NCBI RefSeq assembly: GCF_009914755.1
Contig: NC_060937.1
Strand: one strand, 5' to 3'
DNA: 64,000 nucleotides
Source of the DNA: the human T2T-CHM13v2.0 reference genome, Homo sapiens
Made by a program: the position numbers and the translations under genes. Every line of letters starts with the position of its first letter. Within the stretch, counting starts at the first letter, position 1. A model generated the notes under the pieces. It did not search any database, was not told where the DNA came from, and saw nothing but the letters and a program-made list of their open reading frames with translations. Positions 18,322 through 33,089 of the stretch are shown piece by piece.

Positions 18322-19794
18322 ACATCCAACTAAGATCTACATCAAATCGACTCTAAGAATGAAAAGTATGGTAGGAGAAGAGGAAAGAGACGGCTTACTG
18401 GATTGCAACCTTGCATAAGTGGAAATGTTAGGTCCATGAGTTGGGGCTTATATACTTGGATTCTTGCAAAGTAACCTCTCATAGGTGGAGAGGTGGGTGT
18501 ATTTTTCTATTTCACACCTGTTACTTTTAACATGCATACTCATATGTAGGTTGCTTTGTCTTATGGCTGCAGTTCCTGCTGCTTATGGCTGAGGGAATTA
18601 TAAAAATACGAAGAGCAGGTTCTAAAGCCCTGGGATAGATGTGTATCTAGCGCTCCTCACTGTTTCTTCACTGTTCTCAAGAGGAAGTCAGCAGTCATTA
18701 TGGAAGAAAAAGAACATTGTGCAGCTCAGCCTCTCTCCACCAGCACAGACTGGCTGGAGTTAACATACTCATCTGTGCATACTGCTCACAGGAGTGTAAA
18801 CCTATGAAAGATAATGTTTTTTAGTAATTTATCTTTTGAGATCTATCATAAAACAGGTTTATTTTTGAATGACTAGCTAAAATCTATAATGGGAGAAGAC
18901 TATAGACTGAGTGAGAGAGATAGGAGAGTCAGGATATTTGGGGAAATGATGGCAAGAAACAAAGGTCGTGAGAATCTTGTTTCCTAGGAACCAGATTCTG
19001 AGGTTCAGGGGAAGAGGAAGGGATCAACACTGAGATGCTCGAGAAAACCATTTCCTTTGTCAACCTGAGCTGCAGAGTGATGGGATTTGTAGACCACCAC
19101 CACTCTCAACAACACCAACAACAAAGAATGTGCTGTGTGCTTAAAGGTTTGAGGGTAACAAAGCAAGAAGCAGAAGAAGCATTACAGCATCAGGGCGTAG
19201 GGTCCGGCTTGAAGGATAACATCTTTGGTGATCTGACTCCACTCTTCCTTTCTTTTTTTTCTCCAGGCTATAATATTTGTGGTTTGGAAAAAAGGACAAA
19301 TCGAGGTCCAGATACCATGTATTCAAACTTGTAAACAATAAAATAAGCAGTCCAGCAGCTAAAGAAGCCAGGCTTTCCCTAGAGCAGCCTTGCCCTGTGG
19401 AAGCCTGAGAGGGAGGTAGCCCTCACCACCTAACTGGGATGGGACAGGGTGGAAGCTGGTCCAGGCACACTCCTCAGCTGTGGTAGAATTTGGCAAATCT
19501 GGGAAGGGGACTGATCTCCAAAACTCTATGGGGTGCCAGGCCAGGCAGTTGCCCCTTCTCCGCACCTTGTATTTCCAGCTCAGGATTTCTCAAAACTGTT
19601 CCACCTGAGCAGATGGTAGGAGAAGAATTGCAGCATCAAGGGAGCCTAGTTTACCTGAATACCCACTGGGTGATTGGGGGTGGCCAACTTTATACAAAAG
19701 CACCTGCTCTTCCTCTCGCTCACACGGCAGAGGCTGTGATTGTAATCTCCCTGCACACACCTGCACACACTCTCAGCAACCACCCCCTATCCTC

Positions 19795-20344
<550 letters not shown>

Positions 20345-20959
20345 GGTTATATTTTATCAAGGCATTAATCAGATTGGCATATTAGGATTTTTATGCCTTT
20401 TGGTTCTTTTCAGTGCCACGACTCTGCTTTATTAACTGGTGTCTCTTAGTGCAATGCCTGGTACACAGAGGCCCTTAATAAATAAGGAATGAGCAGATGA
20501 ATGAATAAATCAATCAATGAACAATTAAAAAGATGTGTGCAAAAGAAAACAATTTAAATGCCTAATTGCAAGTTTAGGTGAAGCAGCAGCCAAAATGCAA
20601 AGAGAGAAGTGAAAATGGTACCATGTAAATATCACTATTGTGCTGTAGCCTAACAGAAACTTTTTTTTTTTGGTAAAGTGGTATATTAATGTTTATATTA
20701 TCCTTTAAGACAGAGCCAAATTTATACAAATTTTTACAATTAAAAAGGAGGTGATTGATTTTCTCTGTTTCTAAATAATGCCAAGGGGAAAAATGTCTCT
20801 TAATTCTGGAGAAACCCTGTTCTGATTTTGCTCCTGGTCTGATGCCCATCCATCAGTGACCAGGGCTCCTTGGCCACATATGAAGATTTGGTGTGGCCTT
20901 CCTGTGGGGCTGAATCGAGCAGTTCTCATTAAGTTTCCATTCTTAGAAAAAGAAAACAA

Positions 20960-21255
<296 letters not shown>

Positions 21256-22430
21256 CCCTTCATTTTCAAAACAAATTTTAAGGGTCTATGCTAAAATATA
21301 GCCTGAAGGAAATGAGGAGAAATGAATGTTTTTATAATAGTTCTTTAAAAGGGGACTGTCACCGTAATTTAATTGGGGCTTTGCTATTACATTTCATCTC
21401 TATCTGTGACACAGTTAAACTCTATTATCTAAAGCACTGACCCAAGATGAGCTACTTTTTCTTAAAAAATCATCCTGACATCATTTTTAAAATGCCTTTT
21501 ATGGGTCCTTTAGTTGTGAATTAATTATTTGGAGGAAGGGAGAGTGAATCAAAATTTCAGTTGGGAGGTTTAGGGTTTACATAGCTTGAAAATCATATTC
21601 AACATTGTAATATGGACTTATTCCTAGAAAAAATTAAAATGTTTTAATAATGCAAATTATGAAATGTAAAGGGTAGTGAATCCGCACTAACAGAGACACT
21701 CAACAAGTCAAACATCTGAGTCTTAGCGACTCCCTAACATCCAGGACACTCCCTCAAGAACAATGCTATTTATCAGAATCTAGAACTTGAAAACTGTGTG
21801 ATATAGTTATGCTTATTGAAAAGAGGTGTATACTTCAAAAAGCATGCCACCTTGTCTAGTCTCTTTATTTTCTCTTTATATAATTCTGACTGGCCATGAC
21901 ATGCAGAATCTCCTCTGTATATCAAGAGCCTTGAAGCCTGTTTCCAAACTCAGGAGCTGTAAGCTATTACTTTGTGTAGACTTTCTCCATCATTGAAATT
22001 CTGTTTGCCTCCTCTTTGGCTACTGTTTATCAAGGTTTTCTGATAAGTAAATAGAAAGCCTTTCTGGGTGGAGCATGGTTGCTATGCAAACACAAAGTAA
22101 CAGTTGCACTGTTTGTTAAAGATCTAACAGGAGTGGAGAGAATTGTATGAGTCTCTTTGGAATATCAACATAGCATTCCATGTTGGGTAAAGAAAATATT
22201 AGGGGCAGACATGGACTTTTTTAAAACTTAAAGGATGTATTATTTGGGATATTTCCTTCTGAATTAAATAATGAGGTAGCACATGAATAGTATGAACTGA
22301 AAACAATCCTTGTGGTCTGTTAACATATTCATGCACTTACAGTAGTGGATCCCCTTTATCTTTACCTTAGTATAGGTGTGGATGAGACAGGTAGATAAGG
22401 CATAAGGTAGCCACAGAGTGAGAAGACACA

Positions 22431-22821
22431 TGTGATGGTTAATACTGAGTGTCAACTTGATTGGATTGAAGGATGCAAAGTATGGATCTTGTGTATGTCT
22501 GTGAGGGTGTTGCCAAAGGAGATTAACATTTGAGTCTGTGGGCTGGGAAAGGCAGATTCACCCTTAATCTGGGTGGGCACCATCTAATCAGCTGTCAGTG
22601 AGGCTAGAATATAAAGCAGGCAGAAAAATGTGAAAAGAGGAGACTGGCCTAGCCTCTCAGCCTACACCTTTCTCCAGTGCTGGATGCTTCCTGCCCTGGA
22701 ACATCAAACTTCAAGTTCTTTAGTTTTGGGACTCAGACTGGCTCTCCTTGCTCCTCAGCTTGCAGATGGCCTATTGTGGGGCCTTGTGATCGTGTGAGTT
22801 AATACTTACTAAACTTCCCTT

Positions 22822-22875
<54 letters not shown>

Positions 22876-22936
22876 AAGATAGATAGAGATATATATCCTA
22901 TTAGTTCTGTCCCTCTAGAGAACCTTGGCTAATACA
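22431..22936 (+). mobile_element. MLT2A1 (HERV-L) solo LTR
   Basis: Starts tgtgatggttaatactgagtgtcaacttgattggattgaagg, ends ctaataca; 5-bp TSD ACACA (22426-22430, 22937-22941). Confidence 0.92.
22822..22887. repeat. (GATA)13 GAAA (GATA)2 STR inside MLT2A1
   Basis: 13 perfect GATA units at 22822-22873. Confidence 0.97.
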
Positions 22937-23997
22937 ACACAGTTCTTTCCAATTCTGGGTAATTCTGATTTGTAGCATTCAGGGGAGAAAAACTCAACAA
23001 CCTGAAATTTGTACTACCCAGGTCTTGTTCTAATCTGATTCTCCCCATTGGGCTCTGCTTCTGGTAACAAAGTTGAGAAAAGGGAAATGCCTTGAATATT
23101 ACAGAGCACAGAGTAAATGCTCAGTAATATTTGTTGAACTAATGAATAAATAAATGTAAAGAATTAGGCAGCTGCTTGTCTATATTGAGAATAGCAATTA
23201 ATAAAATAGCACAGAGTCATTCAACTTAAAATCCCAGGAATCGAGGCCAAAACCAAAATAGCAAAATAAATTACAAAGAACATATGCAAGAGGGTGCCTT
23301 TAGCTTAAAGAGGTAGATGAATTGCTGTCAGAACTGTCTCTTGATTGTATGAATTCATTTACATGCTCCACAATGTTGCCATCATCGTTGTCCAAACATG
23401 GAAAGATTCATTAATGCTTTATGTAAAAAAAAAAAAGAAAAAAAGTGTGTCTAATAAATGAAAACCAGAAAGTAGATATTTTTATAGGAAAACCTAGAAA
23501 GTAAAGGGGATAAAGCGCAGGCAAAGAAAGCTAGAAGAAATTAATTTCCTTTATTTATAAAAGTCTATTGTTTTCTAAAAAGTAAAATTAACCTCAAATT
23601 GGACTTATCCATTATATTTTCCTTTTTAAATAAATCAGTTCCTTTAACATATTTAGGTGGGTAATAGCTAATTACCAATCTAATTTAATCATAAAGCAGA
23701 GGATTTAACTAAAGGTCTCCATTCTATATATATCATAGGCCTGGTCTTAGAAGTAATGACATTCCTGTCTTTCAGAGTCTTTTGTGCCTCATCAAGTTGA
23801 GACCATTTTGAAAATAGAAAATGAGGTCAGGGGAATGAGTACATTTCATTCTGTCTCAGAAAGGGTCTGTATCATGTTTAAAAAATTATTTGTCCCTTAA
23901 CCTATATATTTGTCAAATTAAATTAATATATTGTCACATCAACACACTTGGTAACAAGAAAAGAAAAAAGACAAGGTCTATAATTTTTGTTTGGAGA

Positions 23998-24297
<300 letters not shown>

Positions 24298-24489
24298 TTG
24301 CGTATGTTTTAATTAAAAACAAATGTAATCCAGAAGTTTAAAAAGATCAGCTTCAAAACTTATCAAATCTAATTAATTCCTAAATTAACTTTCATTTCCC
24401 TTGCGGCTCTCCAAAACTGTCAATAAATGAAGAACAATGAAGAAAAAACAGATATTATATAAATAAAAGAGAATATTGTATAAATTTTG

Positions 24490-24710
24490 CACTCCCCATC
24501 CTTATCTCTCTTTTGTGCTTTATTTTTTCCCCTGGGACTTACTAGCTTATCATATTCTAAATAATTTTTAACTTGATTTGTTTTCCTGTGTCCCCACTGG
24601 AAAACCAGCCATGAGAGTCTGGATGTTTGTTTTATTTTCCAATGTCTCCCCAGTGTTTAAATAGTGCCCGGCACGCAATAGGCACTTTATGTATTTGTTG
24701 AATTGATTAA
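24490..24710 (+). mobile_element. L2 3' end
   Basis: tccccagtgtttaaatagtgcccggcacgcaataggcactttatgtatttgttgaat. Confidence 0.75.
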
Positions 24711-24849
24711 GCATAATGAAGAGATACCAATATAATGTAAACAAATAATCACTCAGGGTCCCAATTTTCTATCTGCATTTATTTAGAACAGAATATGGTG
24801 CAGTGTTTTTTCAAGGACTGCCAAGTCATGTTTTACAGAAACAGTAAAT

Positions 24850-25050
24850 TTAATAACATTTCTGTGGCACTTCAGCAATTTACAAAGTGCTTTCTCATGC
24901 CTTGTCTCATCTGATCTCTCAGAAGCCTCTTGGGGACCTTTTACTATTCTCACCATGTTACATAGGAGGTATCTGAAATTTAGACAGGTTACAGAAGGTG
25001 TCCCAAATCACCAAAGACAGAAAGTGCTGGAGCCTAGACCTGCAGCTGTG
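24850..25050 (-). mobile_element. MIR fragment
   Basis: aatttacaaagtgctttctcatgccttgtctcatctgatc...gtcccaaatcac. Confidence 0.65.
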
Positions 25051-26400
25051 TCCTTTGTGGGCAAAGGTCGTCTACTCCCCCCTTTGTCGCATGGCTTCTC
25101 ATTTCTGGATTTCTTTCAGAAATGTACAGGGTGTGCTCAGAGATGCCCTCTACACAGCCTCCCTGTCAACAGCCATTTTAGGGACCAATAACTTCTTATT
25201 GATGTATCCAAGTCAGATTGCTGAATACTCCATAATCTGGGGTAACTCTTACTTGATTACTCTGTTCTTGTAGTTCTTACTGGACACTACTTTGTCAAAT
25301 GAAACGAAGGGGCTAATCAACTCAGGTGGTTCCATTTTCTTACATTCAGATCCTCCAAGAGTGGATTGAAAAACCAAATAATGCAATAGTGTTTCAGACA
25401 CTCTGCTGGACACCAGACATAGAGTGGTGACAAGAAGGGCTTGAAAAATGGATGGTTTAATTTCTATCTATCAGTTTTCGAATACTTCCTCCATGTGTCC
25501 CCAACCAGAGGCAGATTGGTTGGAAATTTCACAAAAGCAAGATTTCTCTGATCTCATAGTTTTCTGAGAAAACTCAAGCTGGCTGAAGCCAAATGTTTTA
25601 TTCTGAAAGCGTTTTGTGTTTCTAAATGGCATCATGAATTCAGAAATGACCACATAATAGTCTTTCGCATTTGAAGATCTTCCTCCTTCCCAGGGCTTAT
25701 GGTTGTATGGGTGAGAAGGTCAAGTTGAAAAGTATACACTACTCTTGCAGCCTGCCCTTCCATTTATGACTGTGCCAATCTTTCCAAACCTTGTCTAATA
25801 TGTATGCTTAAAAGGAGCTCCATCATTTTATTTAACTGATGATGAGGTGGTTTCCTGGGAGGTTATTTCCCTACAATGCTGCCACAATGCTTGATGTGGC
25901 CCTTCGTCATGGAACTCACAATGCTGCACTTGATTTCTTGACTTTAATCCAAATGTGATGGCTTCAATTTAGTGCATTTTGGGAAAAAGATCCAGTTGCT
26001 AATAAAAAAGGATCTCGTCATCCTTTACTTACATTGTGACTTCATCCAAACAACCATCACCTTACTGCATGACTGAAATTATTATCATCTTAACAGTGGT
26101 AATTCTGGTCATTCTGACACTGCACTTCATAGGGTTACATTGACCCCTTTCAGTTTTTTGTGACTAGAATGTCAATTTCCTTACTTGCCTGAGTTCATCT
26201 TAAATTCTACATGCTGAAAGACAAGAATTATATGTAAGCTTGTGATTATATGTAAAGCATGTGTATATGTGTGAATGATACTGATAATTACCACTCCCAT
26301 TTATTATTAACTGTGAACCAGTCATTTTGCTAAGTGCTTCACATGTGCTATCTCATTTAAAACTCTTAGTAATAATTATGGAACATAAGTATCCCATACT

Positions 26401-27062
26401 TGTAACTGCCCAATTAGTTTCCCTGCCAGTTGCACAAACAAAGATGACAGCATTGCTGTAGAGAGAGTTTAATTGACATGAATCCAGCCACACCACGCAG
26501 GGATATAGACTTATTACTCAAATCAATATCATGGAAAGCTCGTAGGTTAGGGATTTTACAAAGGAAGTTTGGGGGTGGCTAGGCAGTGGGTGCTTGCTGC
26601 TGATTGGTTGGGTTGGAGGTGAAATCATAGGAGCTGAAGCTGTTCTCTTGCACTCAGTTGCTTCTGGGTGGGGGCACAGAAGCCACTGGTTGGTGGATCC
26701 AGGTGGAGCCATGGGTATCAGACATGCAAAAAATCTGAGAAAAAAATTCTCAAAAGGCCAATCTCAGGTTCTACAATAGTGATGTTATCTGCAGGACCTC
26801 TGGAATAATGGCTGGCAATTGTTCATGTCTACAGTTTAGCAGAATTCAGGCTCCTCTCCTCTCCCTAGCCTGGTGGTCTCTTATTAGCTTTACATAGGTG
26901 GTTAAGTTTTTGAGAAGGCTTATTATCATTTAAACTATAAACATGTCTCCCAAAGCTATCTTGGCAGATTGAAGGCTAAAGACAAGAGGGAGAGGAGCTG
27001 GATCAAATCTCCTCCATTGCCATAATTTTCTCACTGACATAATTTTTGCAAAGGCAGTTTTA
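26401..27062 (-). mobile_element. ERV1 solo LTR (LTR8A/B-like) inserted into a MIR
   Basis: Reverse complement of the right end, aaactgcctttgcaaaaattatgtcagtgagaaaattatggc, matches the LTR8-group start; 4-bp TSD TACT (26397-26400, 27063-27066); MIR sequence on both sides. Confidence 0.8.
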
Positions 27063-27209
27063 TACTGAGTAAGTAACTCACCCAAAGTTGTACAGTGGAA
27101 GTACTGGAATTCAAATGTAGGTTGGTCTGATCTCACAGTTTGCACAGGACTGTCTCCCCACTTCAACCCTAGCTCTTTCTCCAGAGTTCAACTATGCCCA
27201 CTTAAGTGT

Positions 27210-27440
27210 AATAGTAGTTCATATATAACACTTCCTATAAGCCAGAAATTATTGGAGCTTATACGTTATCTCATGTAATTCTCATATATAAGGCAAGTGC
27301 TATTATTGTTAAGGAAACATAACTATAGAGGCATAGAGTCGTTAGGGATCTTGCCAAAAGCCACACCATTTGTAAGTTATAGAACTGGAATTTGAAAGCT
27401 GACAGTGCCAGAATCTTTGCTGGCAACTACTATATTATAT
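27210..27440 (-). mobile_element. MIR fragment
   Basis: ttatctcatgtaattctca...cttgccaaaagccacac...agaactggaatttgaa. Confidence 0.65.
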
Positions 27441-27765
27441 TGGTTTCTCAGCTTATTAAATTCCTTTGAAGACAGTTTTGCAAAATCATTAGAGCTGTAA
27501 AAAAATTTTTTTGAAGCTACCTAAATATATTCATGTGTACATACAATATACAACACACACTGTCATACTTCATACACTTTTCTTGATATCCTCATTACAT
27601 AAATCATTTAGAGTTGAAACCAAGCCAAATATATGCCATCTGCCTACAGGGAATACATTTAGAATTATGCCCCTTTTCCCAACCAAGTCTACCTAGATTC
27701 CTGCAGTCAGCAAGTCAAACAGGATAGAAAGGAGGATGGACCTATGTAAAATTCATTCTGGGTCT

Positions 27766-28112
27766 TGATATGGTTTGGCTGTGTCCCCACCCAAATCTCA
27801 TCTTGAATTGTAGCTCCCATAATTCCCATGTGTTATGGGAGATAATTGAATCATGGGGGCAGTTTCCCCAGTCTCTTCTCATGGTAGCGAATAAGTCACA
27901 TGAGATTGATGGTTTAATAAGGGGAAACTCTTTTTGCTCGGCTCTCATTCCCTCTTTGCCTGCTGCTATGTAAGATGTGCCTTTTGCCTTCCACCATGAT
28001 TGTGATGCCTCCCCAGCCACGTGGAACTGTGAGTCCATTAAACCTCTTTTTCCTTATAAATTATCCAGTCCTGGATATGTCTTTATCAGCAGAGTGAAAA
28101 CGGACTAATACA
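27766..28112 (+). mobile_element. THE1 (THE1B/C) MaLR solo LTR
   Basis: tgatatggtttggctgtgtccccacccaaatctc...cggactaataca; 5-bp TSD GGTCT (27761-27765, 28113-28117). Confidence 0.95.
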
Positions 28113-29539
28113 GGTCTGCCACTTTATTTTCATTAGTCCATTTCAAGATGAGGGTGAAGAGCTTGTTTTTGTGGTATCCACCAGGATCACGGGCAGTGGA
28201 GCAGAGGTAACCAGGGTGACCCCAGCCACAGAGTGCTTAAGGAGCTCTGTTCACTGAGTCCTGTGTGTGGACTTTAAATAGTAGCACTCTTGTTCCGGGG
28301 CTGTCTTCCACCTAGCCCTGGGCACATTCCTATTTCCTCTATTTTGTTCTCCAGGTAAAGTGCTAGCAATCTATTTAGGGCAGCATTCTGATTTGGATGT
28401 CAAATAAAACTGATTGATTTTATGATTCTGTAAAGGTCACCTGAAAAGGTGAAACGATTTCTGCTGTGGAAGAGCACCCATAAATCCAAGCTATCTGTGA
28501 CAAGTCTTGTCGCACTGTAGCAAGATGAATTCTTGGGTCTTCATCTAATCCTAGAAGAGACTGCAAATTTTCCACTGGACTTGGCTCAGGAGCTCACACT
28601 CTTTAGATATCAAGGAAGCTTACATATATGAAGACAGCATGGTTAAATGAGAATCTTTTATCAAATTGGTCGTAGCATAGAACTGTAAGAATGAAAACTT
28701 AATCACACTATTCAAAGGAATAGTGTGTAAATAAGAGGACACCTTTCACACCTGTTGGTGGCTTCATCACCATCAGTTAAGAGCCTAGAACATGAGGCCT
28801 CCAAATGACTGAAAAGGTCAGCATGTAACTGTAAGTCTCCCATCTCTTCCACCTCTTCCAGAGCTCAGTGAAGGCAGAGTTTTCTTCTTTGGTGCTTCCT
28901 ATTTTGCACAGAAGAGTGTTTAGCACAGAGTGGAGGCTCGAAAAAAAATATATAGATATATATGTAATTACACAAGTTGCATGACCATGACATCTTTGAT
29001 ACATCTTAAAATTTCTGGGTATCATCAAAACTCACTGGGGTTCTTCGTCCATCAAATGGAGGAAAGGAGCAGTGGGAAATGAGTATGGAAGAAAAGTGAG
29101 GAAGAAAAGGGATGTGTTGTATGTATATGTGTGTGTATGTATACAAGCATCTATAAAAATAATATAACGATGAATGGATGGGCTTTGGTCCAGGCTAGTC
29201 TAAAGCAAAAGGATCCACTAAGACTGTTTCCTTGTCATTCCAATTTTCTTAAAACAACTATGAATCAAAGGTAAGACACTGAGAGGAATTGGAAGTTACT
29301 TAGAAATGTGGAATGAGGAAAGGGATAAAAACAACTGCTTATGTGCCAAGTGCTATGTCAGGCAAATATGGACTAGGTCACTGTCTTCTCTAATACAAAG
29401 AACTAACCAAAAGGCAGAGATTGTGGTTCCCACTATGCAGGAAGGAGGCTGAAGGACTTAGTGCACAAATGATTGGCAGAGGAGTGAGGTCCAGCCTAGT
29501 GTCTTGGCTCCAATGACTGCCTTTCATTTGTCCCAGTTT

Positions 29540-30110
29540 TTGGCATCACCAACATGGTTCAGGCCATCATTTCCACTTGCCTGCCTGCCCTGGCCTCTCC
29601 TTAGTCTTTATAGCCTGAGTGATGTTTCTAAGACCCAAATCAGACATGTCACTCCTCCTCTTTAAGTGGAACCAAAGAAGCCCGTGATCCAGCCATTTCC
29701 CTTTTCCAGCCTCCTTTAAGTCCACTCTAAACCTACCACTTCCTCCTCTTGCCTCTTTGTTCCCCCACAAACAGCAGGATATGTCTCACCACCACATGCT
29801 AGCTAACCCATCACCTGTCTCTGGAATATCTGCGCCTTCTATCTTTGCCTGGCTAATGTGGAATCATCTTTCAGTACTTATCGGATACCTCCATTCCTTT
29901 AGGAATCTTGCTTAAGTTCCGGGTTGATGTTAGGGCCCTCTTCTGCATTTCCATGGAACTCCCTAAATTCATGTGCCGTAAAAATTTATCACATTCTGCT
30001 AAAATTGTCATTTTATATCATCTGTCTCACTAGTTTATAAGTTCTTTAAAGGCAAGAGCCAGATACTGCCCATTTTTGTACCTATAAAGCTTTGTACAAA
30101 GCATCTGCAG
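29540..30110 (+). mobile_element. L2 fragment
   Basis: gtgatgtttctaagacccaaatcagacatgtcactcctc and downstream pyrimidine-rich L2 3' region. Confidence 0.65.
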
Positions 30111-31023
30111 TAAAGTAAACTTCTAGAAGTTGCTTTTCTCTATTCTAAGGTAAACACAAAGAAAAATGAGATTTCTCTTAGGCAGGGTGAAAAATGCCAT
30201 TATTAATGTAAGCTGCTTCTGGAATGAAGCTGGTGGGTGGGCAGCTGGGCATGAGATAAGACAGGGCATTCAGGAGGGAATGGCTTTAACTTCCTAACTC
30301 TACAGCCATACTTTTCAGTACCTGATTTCTTCTGTCTGTCTTCTGGTTACACAGAAAAGTTGACCCTTCTCTTGACTACAGTTGCATCTATTCCTTACCT
30401 CTACTCGCTCCTCCAAACCAATAAGAACAAAGGAATAAAAATTATACAGACTCATTAGGACAAAGAAAACCAGAAACAAGGTCTACAATGAATGAATAAT
30501 GTCAACCAAGTTTGGAAGATAAAAAGAGGATGGATAAGTGGTGATTGACTTAGCAGAGGGAAAAGAGCTGAAAGCTACATGTCTTCATAGGGAGATGCTA
30601 ACAAAAAGCAAATCAATATGTGCTGCAAACCCCAAGACAAACTGAGGGATCAAAGGCAAATAGGTATTTTGGAAGGCAGGCTCACAGAGCATGGCTGAAA
30701 ACAGGATTGGCTGTAGAAGAAGCAGACTCCTAGATCACATCTGCACACTTCAATGCCAATTAATGATCTCCCTTATCTCAGCATCAGAAGGTTTCTTTTC
30801 TGGAAAAATGAAAGCAGAGACTCTCTAGACTCTGGAATACTAAGGCCAGTGGAAACAGGTGGTGAGTCACTACCCTGGAAAAAAAAAAGACTCAATGACA
30901 GTCCACAAACTGATGATGGCATCTTCAGTCCTTTCTCCCACTTCAGCTCACAGATTACTGGGAACCAGACTTGGATCCCTGGGAAGGAGACTATAGAATT
31001 CTCATGTTGAGAAAATAATTACC

Positions 31024-31426
31024 TGTGGCAGCTGTGGAGGTGTGCCTCAGGTTTCCTTTAAGAAAATACCCTGCAGAGAGCATAGGAGCATTGAGGCCAT
31101 GTGTCCCTGGGCTACATTCAGCCAATGACTGAACATTACAGTTGTGGAAGACTCTTCCAACAGGCAACCTTTGGGAAGTCTCAGGGACTTCCCAACAGCC
31201 TGGCCAAGCCACTCTAAAAACTACACTGCAATCGTGGGCTCTTCCTACCCAATCCTTCCTTCCTTCTCTCCTCTCACAGGTGCCAGACCTGCACTGCTGC
31301 CTGAAGGCTCTTCCTACCCACTCCTACTTCTTCCCCGTTTATCCTTCATAGGTGTCTCCCCCAGCAAATCTCTTATACAACGAATCCTGACTTGAAGTCT
31401 TCTTCTCAGAGGATTTGAACTGACCA
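31024..31426 (+). mobile_element. LTR16-family (ERVL) 5' LTR
   Basis: tgtggcagc... start; cttcctacccaatccttccttcc...cacaggtgccagacctgcac...aaatctctt...cttctcagaggatttgaactgacca end. Confidence 0.75.
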
Positions 31427-32680
31427 AGTGATCCTAACAGTGATCCAGGAAAACGGGTGCAAAGATGGGCCTGGGGACTGACCCACACACCACCTGGATT
31501 GCAAAGAGGACCCCATCCTGAGTAAACATGGAGAACAGATTGCCCCTGGAATGAGATGGTGGCCAAATTGCTGAAGATGTCACTGGTGTTGACCTGGAAA
31601 AATGTCCCAGTAGAAGTTAATATCCTTTGCTAGTGTGATGATTCCAGATAATCAGGTATTTAAAAGCTAAGTGGAGAACAATGCCCCCAACAAGAGCAGA
31701 GTTGGATGGTAATTACAAACTTGTATTGCCACCCTGCAAAAGGGTGATGAGAAGCTGAGGGCAATAAGTGTGAGAGCCAGAGGGACTCTCTGGTAGCTTA
31801 AAAAAGAGGTACTTATTTTGCTGCAGTTGAAAAGTGGACACAGCTAAGGGGCACTCAGGACCTGATAGAGTTGCAGACCTCCAGTGATGTTTTAATGCAT
31901 AGCCAAAGCAGGCTTGTTGTGCTAAGATCAGGGTCCTGGTTAGGAAAATCTGAAACCCTGAAACATGAGATGGGTATATCTGGATGGATGCCCCCCAGGA
32001 TTTTGGCTCTGCACACACTGAATACTCAGAAACCCCTGAGGTGGCCAGCCGTCCCATCCCTAGCAAAAGCTATTACTCTGCCATGCTGGAAGAATCTGTA
32101 GAAGCTTCTCCTCTAAAAGTAAACACATGCTTCCCTCCTCTCTTTTCTGCCAGGCAAATAGCTCGAGTTAAATCTCAGCATATCCTGGCCAGGGACATGC
32201 TGGGTCTGACAAGAGAAGAAAGAATGCTCATCAAAGAAACTGAAAGAATTAGCAGGGATATATTAAGTCTGTATAGTACCCCTGGCATTATATTTTGAGG
32301 GTGATTGATCAAGGAGGTCAGAATATAAAGCTGCAGAATACAAAGCAAAAATACATTAACTTGGGGGCACTTTTTTGGAACACAGAATTAAATACCCTGG
32401 CCAAGGTCCCAGGGGTTGGGGCAAACTCACTGCTAATAGAAGCCTGAATATGCTTGGTCCACAGTAAAGTGGAAAGGCCTTAATTTCCACAGTAGATGGT
32501 AGAGGGAGGCATAAAAGATGGAGCAGTGCAGCCCTGCCCATGTGAACCTCAAAGCCTCTCCGGAGCATTATACTCCTCTAGAGGGTTCAGAGGATGCAAT
32601 ACTCACCTGGACTTCCACGAATGTATTGCAAGAGGGTAAACAGCATCATTAATGAGTACAGCTTAGCCTGCATAAGAATT
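31427..32680 (+). mobile_element. ERVL internal region (ERV3-16A3/HERV16-like), gag relic
   Basis: Follows the LTR directly; ORF 31984-32298 contains RQIARVKSQH...REER...KE, resembling ERVL Gag (RPITRLKSQ...YTPKEL). Confidence 0.65.
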
Positions 32681-33089
32681 TGTAGATACTTTGAGGGGAA
32701 AAGTTCTAAAGAATGCAAGTCTCACTTCAAAATGTTTCTCTTCAGTTAGAAATTTCAGTCCTTCAAGTCCTGAATACCTTAATAGCCTTTTCCTACCTCC
32801 CAGCAGACTTTCAAGGTATATTATATTTTTTCAATTATACTTTGTAGGAGAATTCCCCTACATCGACCTACTTTGCCACTACTGCAATTGGACATCTCAC
32901 CAAACAACGTTTTTAGTCTCTCACTATTAAATATAAACCAATAGTCAAGGGTCCACAGACAATAGAGAAAATTCTCTCTCTTGAAGGGCAGAAAAAAAAT
33001 ATAGAGAATAAACAAATGGTGAGAAATGGATACGAAGCAAGGTACAAAAAATGTATAGTTATCTTTGCCATAGAAATAAGAGACACTTT

